A stretch of 64,000 nucleotides of DNA, from NCBI RefSeq assembly GCF_963676685.1, contig NC_092344.1, positions 95,542,001 to 95,606,000 of the forward strand, in the 5' to 3' direction. The translations under genes and the position numbers were made by a program. Every line of letters begins with the position of its first letter. The first letter of the stretch is position 1. The notes under the pieces were generated by a model that searched no databases, was not told the origin of the DNA, and saw only the letters and a list, made by a program, of their open reading frames with translations. This DNA is from Mytilus edulis. Lineage: Eukaryota. Positions 1 to 10,900 of the stretch are shown here, one piece after another.

Positions 1-1363
1 GGGCGTAGAGGGGCATACGCCCCCTTTGCTTGGACATTTTTTTTTTGTAAACTGATTAATCAGACAAGACTTCAAGACAAGACTACGAGAACTTTGCCAT
101 TTCCCATGTATTTTTTTTTCATGCGACAATTCTTTACCTTAAATGATGTTTTTTGCTGGTATTTACTGATTATGTTAAAGTCGTGTGATTCGCTATAGTG
201 GAGTTGACCAGTTCGCCGTAAAAACGTCACTCAGTCATTTTGAAATTCAAATTACAGTAACACATGGATAGACTGAGGATGACAATCATGACATCTTCAA
301 AGCGACACAGGATTGAGCAAGAATGTATTGACTTTAATTCACAATTCCACGAGACAGAAACGGTTATACTCTATTACACTTTCATAAAAAAAAAAGCAAT
401 ATTATTTACCTACGAACATGTGTTACCCAAAACGCCTCAGCCTATTTTAACTAGAAATAACATAGCTGAATGATGATCCTCAGTCAACATAAGCTCTAGA
501 TACGAACCATTTGTTTGAGAAGGCAGTCTGAGATATTTGAAAGAAAAAATCTGACTCAAACAAAAATTATGGCCATATCTGAATTGAAAACAATAATCTT
601 GTCCACTTTTTTGCTTTAAGAAACGAAAATTTCGAACAGAATCATTTAGCATTAAATAAACATGATGAATAAAAAACCGGGCATATTTTTTTGGGGCGGG
701 GTTTTGCATGTGTGACTGGAATGTCAACTTGTTTCGCCGAACTGATATATTTAATACCTTTTTTCAAGACCATACTGCAAGCAGCTGCTCAGTGGCCGGG
801 TTGTGGCCTTTATGTCTCCATTTTTCGATCGTCATTCATAAACTCGTTGTCATTTTAGACTTATTCGTAGCCTTTGGTTAATTTGGAACCCCTCACTTCC
901 CTTAATTTTGTTGGTTGAAACATTTGGATAAAAATTGCTTGTTTGTCTTTCTTAAATCGTGTCGGTCGTATTGTAAATTTCATCGAATAGCCCGGCGTAT
1001 ATCTGGTTTACAGCAAGAAATCTGTGAGGTTATTCTAACTTAACATACAACAAACGAGAGTTTTCCATGTCTATTTTTTACTGACAATTCCCACATGTAA
1101 TTATATATCAGTACATAGCTTTGGTTCCATACTATCATTTTATGAAAGACAATTAATAGGGAGAATACAGCATAAAAATTTTAAATGTCCAACCCTTACA
1201 CTTTACACCAACTTTAAAATATACATGCCCAAATAGGGAACCATTAAAAATATGCATTTTACACTTATTTTATGTTTTTTAGCCCCAAAAAGTCCCATTT
1301 TTCTTCAAAAATCTTTAAAAAACTTCGCTCCACCCCCCTTTCTAAAATTCTGGATCCGCCCCT
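1..1363. mobile_element. Probable DNA-transposon remnant with GGCGGATCCAG-type terminus (left end at or beyond the window edge)
   Basis: Terminal ctggatccgcccctg at 1349-1363; GC-rich hairpin at 1-25. Confidence 0.4.
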
Positions 1364-1490
1364 GCCTGTGACCGTGTCCAACAGTTGTCAGTGAATTAGA
1401 AATTTTACTATAAATCTGACACAAGTTCAGTTAAGAATCTGTGACAATTTGGATTTTCCTTGTAATATTCTTAGGAAATGTCCTATAAAT

Positions 1491-1625
1491 ATAAAAAAAG
1501 AAGATGTGGTATGATTGCCAATGAGACAACTATCCACAAGAGACCAAAATGACACAGAAATTAACAACTATAGGTCACCGTACGGCTTTCAACAATGAGC
1601 AAAGCCCATACTGCATAGACAGCTA
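1491..1625 (+). repeat. Interspersed repeat family A (aagatgtggtatgattgccaatgagacaact...)
   Basis: Further copies at ~29848-29920 (+), 35128-35265 (-), 41723-41840 (-), 44550-44815 (-), and 45820-45964 plus 49390-49490 (-, split by the RTE). Confidence 0.85.
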
Positions 1626-1676
1626 GAAGTTTCAAATTCCTACTGCCTCATTCGCCTCCTTCATTTAAAATTACAT

Positions 1677-2137
1677 CATAGGCGGATCCAAAAAGGGGGG
1701 GGTCTAAATGTTGGACTTGATCTGTTTGTCCAAGGTTAAACAATATATTTTGTTTTATAATTCTCAACTCATGAACTATGCAAACATTTTTAACACTATC
1801 TTCTCATTATATTCAACAAAAAGCTCACCAGTTCTTATCTTCACATGTTTGTCAAAATGACCAATCAAATCAAAATTTTATTTACTAAATTTGCCGTGAA
1901 ATATTCTAAAACATAAGTTGCCAAATATTGAAGTTCCTAACTGTTCATAATTCACAGTACCTGAATTCACTCATGTATTCCCCCCCCCCCTTTTTTTGAG
2001 AAAAAAATTGATTGATTATATAAGGAATCACTGAAGCATTACCGGAGCGGCCCCCCTCTTAGGCAGCCAATGGGCCCCCACTTATGAAAATTTCTAGATC
2101 AGCCACTGCTTATGAAAATTGCTGGATCCGTCACTGG
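1677..2137. mobile_element. MITE-like element with GGCGGATCC termini
   Basis: cataggcggatcca at the left end, tggatccgtcactg at the right end (locally duplicated). Confidence 0.5.
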
Positions 2138-2687
2138 CACAATTTTAGTTTTATGTCATCGTAAGTCCAACGGGTTACTGTTGTTTTTATCCTTCATTCT
2201 TTTGACTTTTCTCAATTTATTGGATTTATGGCTGTAATTAACTACTACTTTAATTGGTATCCAGTACCGTACGGAACGAAGTATGTTGACTAAGTGTATG
2301 TCGTGATTTAAACACGATAGTAGTGTTTCTTTCCCCTAAACATTATGAGCCGCATTGAACAGGATAGATAACCTCAGACCTCAAACAGTTACACTCTGAA
2401 ACATTTTCAAGTACTTTCTATATGCTCATGTGTATTTTCTTGTTAGCATAGTTTTGTACTTGGACAGATAATCAGAATGATCAACAATCATGTATTGGCA
2501 ATGTTAATTGGTCACGTTTGTTTGACTGAACAACCAAACCAGGTAATTTTTAATTTTGACATGTCATGCATGTACAATGTTAATGTATATACATTCAGTC
2601 ATTTTTATAACACAAGGGTTACAAATAAGAAAATCCTAAATAAAATATGCAAATCTATAATCAAGTGCCATAACTTACTGTATGAAG

Positions 2688-2996
2688 CACGGGGGGGTCT
2701 CAACATGGGATTTTGGGTACAGGTGTGCAGCTGGGATTTTAAAAACACCCCCCATTCATATATTGAATAATTGTGAAATCCCTACCTATACATATATTTC
2801 ACAGCGAAATCATAACCCATTCATATATTTTATGAAATTTATGACCCATTGATATATCACAATCGGTCAATTACTACCTATTGATATATTTCCTCGGTAA
2901 AATTGCACCCCATTGATATATTTGACGGATAAAAAAAGGGACCCATTCCAGCGGCACATATGTATATACCTTTATATAGGAAGAGACCCCCCCGTG
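2688..2996. mobile_element. MITE with 14-bp TIR and 8-bp TSD
   Basis: TIR cacgggggggtctc / gagacccccccgtg; TSD gtatgaag at 2680-2687 and 2997-3004; five internal cccatt(c/g)atatat-like repeats. Confidence 0.85.
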
Positions 2997-3935
2997 GTAT
3001 GAAGCACCTGTTTGTTCTGAGACTACTATAACACACATATATATATATATATGTGTAACTGTTATAGTATTCTCAGATTTGGTTTAAGAATTTATAAGGA
3101 TTAAAGACATTTTTCAAACTCGCAAACATTACCAAAGGACTTTATTCAGTTAGTGAGTTAATCGCCCTGGTTTATACATCACTAACCTCTAGAAAAAATG
3201 TTAAATCCTAAAATCATTGAGATATTTAATACTGATAAAGCTATAATATATTACTATATAAGTCCTTCAAATTAATCTAGGTATCTGAAATTTGAAATCA
3301 AAGATGTATACACACATATATATTTACAAATTCCACCCTTATGACTCTACAAGAGAAAAACTTGAACAATATAAAACTTTTTGTAGTTGCATCTAATCCA
3401 CTATCAAGGGAGATAATTTATGCCAAATAAAAAGATTAGTAATAAAATCTTTTGATGATTATATGTGCCCCTTTAATGGAAAATCTTCAGACAAAGGTGA
3501 ACAGCTTTAATGATTAAATTCTTCAAATAGAAAATGGAATAAATATTGGAATACATAAAATTCAGGTGAATTTGTATCTCATACTTGTATGTTACAAAAA
3601 TTGAACTCAAGAATGTTAAATTTCTGTAATGAATTCCATGTTTTAATTCAGTTAACATTATAAATATAACTTTTTCACATGAACTTTGTCATGTTTGTTA
3701 TTGTTAATTGTTCACATGAATTTCACTGAAATTAGATTGTTTTTAACATGTTTAAAGTAAATTAAGATTTTCAATGGAATACATGTCTTGCAAGGTATAA
3801 GATGTTAATAAACGATTTTAATTTTTTAATTTTTAATTTAATTTATTTTTTATGTGAATTTCACGTGAATAATCTATCGTAAAAATCATGTGAAAAATTT
3901 AATTTAACTTCATGTCACCAAAATTTGCCTGTGTA

Positions 3936-4190
3936 ATTTACACATGTGTTACACATGCGTTTTACTATACATGTGTTACACATGCAAATATCGCATGTGT
4001 CACATGCGTTATCCAACACATGCGTGACACAGGTGTATTTCTGGCACATGTGATTCACATGCGTGTGTTACGCATGTGAACGCATGTGTACAACACATGA
4101 TTCCCATGCGTGGCAAGAAACATGTGTTTTACGCATGTAACACACCTGTGACACATGCATTTTTAGGCACATGCGTGACACATGTGTGGC
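3936..4190. repeat. Array of palindromic ACACATG(C/T)GT motifs, likely MITE subterminal repeats
   Basis: Many acacatg/catgtgt units. Confidence 0.7.
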
Positions 4191-4763
4191 ATTTTTGCCC
4201 TAGTAGGAAGGGATCTTTAAATAATTTGAAAATAACATTCAAAGGACAATGTGTCAGAGACAAACAATAGGCTAAGTACTTTTGGAAAGCGAAATAGGAA
4301 AAAAAACGTTATCCAAAATTGTCGCATAGTTTGTATGAAGAAAATGAAATCTTGTTTTGATAAAGTTATACAACCCCAACACGTAGAAATTGTAACCAAA
4401 TAGAAATAACATGTGAATTCTGGACAAAACAAAGTTTTGTATAATAAGACATTTAAAAATTCGACCAATTCAGAATTACCATGAACTTTTTCGTATCTCT
4501 TGTATAAACAAGTATTGTTGCTTAATTTTATTTTCAGTGCATTTTTTTTGTGGACTTGTTTTTGTCCTCCTATTTTTGTTTCATCTTTACCACATTTCAA
4601 ATTAAAACCTATAGATATACAACAGTTTTTAAGCAAATGTTAAGTATAACATCAATCATACATCAGGCTGTGTTTTGCTTTTAGGTCGGGTCGTTATCTT
4701 TTTTTATTTTATTTAAGCGTTAAGTTTCTGGAAATGAAAAGTAACCTTTTTCTTTTACGTTAC

Positions 4764-4913
4764 CTAGTGATACATCATCCTGTGGATAGTATGTAATATA
4801 ATACGATACTGGAAGCCATTGGTTCTGGCTACAGAAATCCTCAGTCAGAAACAAGTTCAATGTGTTCCGTATTTTCTTATCTCTATTTGAGATTGATGGT
4901 CCTTTAGTTGGAA
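4764..4913 (-). CDS. Cytokine receptor exon, first half of the last FN3 seen
   Basis: VPTKGPSI...DFCSQNQWLPVSYYITYYP; symmetric phase 1. Confidence 0.8.
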
Positions 4914-7900
4914 CTAAAATTAAAAAACATTACTTATATAAAACAAGCGAACACTATTTGGACATTTAAAGGAAATAATCAAAGCCATTATTGTTTTGGT
5001 TAGTAATATTTACTTTCATTTAAGCCAAGTAGATAATACTTCTGTGCTGACAAGAATTATCATTGATATATGGTCATAATTATAAAATTAATTGTTTAAT
5101 AAACTTTACATTTTTGAAAAACCAAGGCTGTTCTACCTCAGGAATAGATTACCTTAGCTGTTTTTGGTTAAAAAAAATAGGAATGTTTGATCCTTAGCTG
5201 TTTTTGGTATAAAAAATAGGAATGTTTGATTCTCAATGCTCTTCAACTTAGAACTTTATTTGGCCTTTTCAAGTTTTATTCCTGCGTCACTGATTTTGTA
5301 GACCAAACGCGCGTCTGACGCAAATACAAAATTCCACTCCTGGTACCTATAATGAGTATATTACTGGTCGATGCCACTGCTGGTGGAGATTTATTTCCCC
5401 GAGGGTATCACCAGCCCAGTAGTCAGCACTTCTGTGAGGACTTGAGTTATCATTGATTTGTTCATAATTATAAATTAACTGTTAACAATCCTTTGAATTT
5501 TTGGAAAAACTAAGGCTTTTCTACATCAGGAATATAATACCTTAGCTGTATTTGGCAAAACTTTTAGGAATGTTTGGTCCTCAATGCTCTTCAACTTCGT
5601 ACTTAATTTGGCCTTTTATAACATTTTTGATTCGAGCATCACTGATGAGTCTTTTGTAGACGAAACGCGCGTCTGGCGTAAATATTAAATTTTATTCCTG
5701 GTATCTATGATGAGTTTATTCATAAATGATAATGATTTATATTTCGTAAAAAAAGCATATGCCCTTCTTATGGTGAATGTCAAGGCAAAACGTGAAACTT
5801 AAGGTTGATTATCTTAATGTTAACAGAAATCTTAGCACGTTGTTAACCTTTATATGAAAAATCTACGCAGCGATTTTCCAAACAAAAAATCAAAAGAAAG
5901 CCACTTATTTTCCATATTCATATTAACATTTACTTACTGACTTCCTACACATTATTTGTTAATATTTTTGTCCGTCATGGAGATGTTCAATTTCATTCAT
6001 CATTACAAGGGTAAAATTTTCAGCGGTTTAAAGATACTGATTTCAAGTGATATCTCCTATTTGCATGAGCAAACAGTTTTTGGAACTTTTCCTTTCATTT
6101 CACCTTTTATTATAACAGTTGTATTATTCATAAAACGAGCAATATTTACTGCTTTCTAAACTAACTTTCCTTTGATGAATGAAACCACAGTCGAACACAC
6201 AATCATTTCAACTTTCAAAAATGAAGGAAAGGTATGTTTGTATTTGAACGCTGTCTGCACTACTATTCTTAAGCTTAACATTATAATTGACACAATAAGG
6301 CATCCAAAAGTTAAAATAAAGAAAAGCTAACAAGCAGGAAAACAGTATATTGAAGGTTATACTGTTCAAATGCTTCCTTAAACATAAAAAATTAACATGC
6401 AACCTTCCACAAAATGGTATACATGTATATGACAGAATTCCAACAATATAATAAATCAATTCGATAACTTCGGTTCTAACTCGGACCGAGTAAAACGTTT
6501 TATCAAATTTCAGACAATAAAAACATGTACAATTGATTACAATAAGTTACACTTACCACACAATCTACAATTAAAAATACAACTCTGTCGTGCCCAAACC
6601 ATTCCAGGTCTATCTTTTAAGGCTACACCGAATTGCCAGTGGTTGTCCGATGCATTATAAAGTTCTAATCGCACATTTTGATCCGGTTTAGTGTAATTAA
6701 AACTGGACTGAATGCGTCATGGAAAAAAAATCAGCATGAGTTGGAACTCGCTAAGGAACTATACAAGTTTTTATTAACAAAAATGCAGTTGAAAATATTG
6801 GTTGTCTGAATTCCAGATGTAAAGAATATGCATAACATAGAATATTATATTGACACATTGCCTGTTGCTGATGACTTTTTAAGATATTTGCATTAGTTAC
6901 TGTCTAATTAAGTATCCCTTATATACTTTAATGTATTAGTTTTGCAAAGACACTGCCTGCGCTTAACAATGTAATATGTATCGTTTTGACTGTGATTAAA
7001 TGCAAACACACGACGGGTGCCAGATGTTGAGAGGTTCTGCTTACCCATCCGGAATCCCATTTTGTTAGGCTCTTGATGCTTAATTTTTGTTTTGTTTTTC
7101 GTACTGATATATTTGGTTGAGCCATTTTCAACCGACGTTTACAGTTTGTTATTATATTGTTTTTCTAAAACACCACTGTCCCAGACAAGGGGAGGGTTGA
7201 TCGCTCATACACATATCTACACACAATGTAAACAAGTGAGCAAATAAATAAAAAAATAAAGGCAAACATATTACATCATATAGTATATGGATATGAACTA
7301 ACTATTTATTTACCTGACACATCACATTTCCAGACATGCTGACTATTCCCCTACACCAGTATAAAGTAGTCACATTGTTTGATGAAACTGGGTCAGTATA
7401 AACAGAGAGCCACACATAGCTACTGTTCTTTTCCTTTTCCACAATAACTGTCACTCTGTCGTTTTCAACTGTACAAGGTGAAAAGAGAATATTGGTGTAC
7501 GTTAATATCTAATTTACTGCAGTTTTCGTGATACTATTCCGATGTATTTGTCATATCATACGGTGACAATCGAACAGCGGTATACAACTATTGCCTTTAG
7601 TTACCGATGTACAAATCTAATGGTGTCATCACACAAATTTCAAAAGGATAAAGACTGAGTTCCTCTTGCCAAGACTTTTCGGTGACGCTCAGATCAAAAT
7701 ACTTAGAAAGTACAAAGTTGAAGAGCATTGATGACTCAAAATTCCACAGAAGTTGTGCCAAATACGGATAAGGTTATCTATGCCTTGGATAATAATATCC
7801 TAAATATAAGCATAAGACTGTGAAAACATTTCGTTTGTGAAATAAAGTACACCATTTAGTTCTTGATGGTTACCGTAAACCTTATGTAGTATCGATATCA

Positions 7901-10900
7901 GTCGTTATGTCGCATTATTATAAGACATAGTTATAACTTGGCGTGACATTTTTAAATATTTTTTTTTATAAATAAAAGATATTTCGCTGTCAAGTGTATG
8001 TGATTAAACTTTTTCTCATATTATCAAATTATCATTGCTTTCGAAACTCACTTTTTTTATTGGTGGTATTTACTTGCAAGGAAGTTGGTTCCAATGATGT
8101 ACCATTGATATTCCTGGCAAAGATGTAAACCGTATGATCGTTCATCATATTTTTATATTCTATTTCAAGCGTAAGGTAGTCTGATGTGTAGTTTACTGTA
8201 ACATTGTTTGGGTAAACGACTTGATATCCAATAACTAGCCCTCTCGACATTTGCAAATCCATTTTCTAACAAACGAACAAAAATGGAATGAAAGCGAGTA
8301 AATATTTTTTAACGAAGATGTCATCAGGTATGCTCATATTCCGGTTAACATAAAATCATTATAAGAATGGGAACCAGAAAGTGCAGCACCAAAAGACAGT
8401 GAAACAACTATAATATTTCAAAATAGGTTAACCGACCTTTATTTGTTATTGTGTCGATATACTATAAAACAAAATATGTACAGTTTACTGGTATTGTATT
8501 GAAAAATATTTTTAATTTTTGATAGTTATTCAATAGAGTGTTTTCTCATTTGATAACAACCATTCCTTTGAAGAAACTTTTTGAATGTTTTAACTGAGAT
8601 CAGTAAATTATACGTGTACCCATGATTTTGTCCGAACTTATTTGACGTCTTTCTATTTTTACTAAGTAAGAACAAGAGAGCATTAACAGCTCTGTTAAAT
8701 TAAGAAGTACCTGGGTACTTAATTTTGCCAAATTTGACATCCTGTGTTATTTAACATGGAACTCATCAATTTACATTACATGTAGAAATAAAGTCAAATT
8801 TTAGATAACTTTAATTTTATATATCTAAAGCTTTCTTGAAATATATTGTGTTCGTGTGTTTTCTACATTTGAAAATGCCTGTACAAAGTCAGGATTATAA
8901 CATTTGTTGTCCATTCGTTTAATGTGTTTTATCATTTGATTTTGCCAGTTGATAAGGGTATTTCCGTTTTGATTTTTTCTTGGAGATCAGTATTTTTGTG
9001 ATTTTACTTTTTTTAAAAGGTCAATACAAAATAAGGTTTCTTTTCAATATTATTTAAAATTGTATATGTGTCTTCAAAGAAGATTCAGAAAGCTATGAGT
9101 AACAAGAGGCACCAAATCAGCAGTAGTAATGCCACGTGGACAAAACAAGACTAACGAGAATAAGTTACCTTGAAATAGAGGAGTATTGAATTGTTAATAC
9201 AAATAAAGGAATTGGTTTCCAGCTCTGGTCCAACAAGTGGTCCTATAGAAACAGATATAATAAACAGATTATAGTATTGGTCAATATTATATTTTTATTT
9301 CAAATAAATATTTCAAAAACCAATTCATGCAATTTATTAGAAGATCGAAAAGCTATATAAGCGCTAGTTAGGTTGTATTAACACTTATGTTTTTCTTTAA
9401 TTATTAGTAAATTGAAAAATATTTTGCAAATGTATGCTTCCGTCTGAAAGGAAATTATTGCTCAAAGTTTGAATGCAATTAACTGTTGAAACATATGTTT
9501 TGGTCTGGTGTAACACTCGATTGAATTGGCCAATTTGTTTTTTTATGTACTTGAAAGTGTAAAAAAATAGTTTTTATATATTTTGTTTATTACTTAGATA
9601 AGACTACTACGTATGTAGCACCTCCCATCACACAATGTTTTGCCACTGTTTTAAAGAATGATGCAATTCACAGAAATTTTATTTCTGTATTTTTTAAATT
9701 TCCTGATAATTTACTCTATTTTTATTTAGATTGTATAACAATGCAATTAACTTTTTTGGTCGCATTTTACTTTTGAAATATTACAGACAATTCTTGAAAT
9801 TAACTTCGTGAAGTTAAACCAATCTTCATCTTGGAACAAGACTTATTTGGTTCTAATAAGCCCTCACAAGACCAGTACCTCACTCATCTCGAGCTATACA
9901 GATCTGTTGAACATCTTGTAGACCCCAGTCATTTGAAAGCTTTACAAAGGGTTAGGGGTTTATGGAGATTATATTTTGACAATCAGGAAGACCGAGATAA
10001 AACACTCACAAATGGTCTTGTTATTCGTAAAAAGCTAATACAAACATATGCTAGAAATCCCAAAACTGCTGAAAATGAAGATCCTAACAATGTTCGAGTA
10101 AGAATAAAAAATATACCTTGCTCAGCAGATGACGGTCAAATTCAAAGAGCCCTTGAATTTAATCACTGTGTAGTACATACATTATTTCGTGAAAGGCTAC
10201 GAGTCGATGGACGCGTAACAAATTGTCAGACTGGCGATCGCATTGCAATATGTGACCCAATACCAAATCCTTTGCCAAAAACTTTATTCATAGGTAAATA
10301 CAAAGCAGTGGTACTCCATCGAGGTCAAGTTGACACCCGTACAAACATTAAATGCAATAAATGTCTACAAGAGGGACATAAATCTTATGAATGCCCAAAC
10401 GATTGGGTGTGTCGAACATGTGGTGGCAGCGGTCATAAAGCAAGCTATTGCTTTACTTGCCCAGATGATTGGGTATGTCAGACATGCGGGAAGTCCGGTC
10501 ATACAGCAAAATACTGTAATGCAGACTCCGATTCTTCTAGTGAAGATAGCCAATCTGAATCAGAATCAGATTCAGACATTCCCACACATCCAGAAAGCTG
10601 TCAAAAGGATGCGTCACAAACAACCCAAGCAGCTGAAGCAGAACAAAAAACGCCTAGCTTTACTTTTAACAAACAGGCAAGCAACAATCTTGAAAATCAT
10701 TCAAACCTAAGTGAAAAAAAGGAACAACGACATGTCAAAAAGGCTAAACGAGCAAAAAATAAAAAGGACAAACAAAATTCAAATAAAGATCAGCCGAGCA
10801 TGGAACGCTTCCTAGCAGAAGCCTTTAGAACTCCATCAAATAAAACCAATGAAGAGAAAAAAACACGTACTAAACAAACAGCAAGTACTCCTACTGATGA

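Noticed and set aside
264-727. Two short ORFs at the window start
   Set aside because: Inside a probable DNA-transposon remnant, with no recognisable motifs.
4217-4636. 139-aa minus-strand ORF as the next receptor exon or TM segment
   Set aside because: A phase-compatible acceptor exists, but the peptide has no FN3 pattern and its hydrophobicity comes from T-runs; not supportable without RNA data.
5935-6335. Possible extra receptor exons (NYNVKLKNSSADSVQIQ; NNTTVIIKG)
   Set aside because: In-phase translations hit stops quickly, and exons 6557 and 4913 already join in phase without them.
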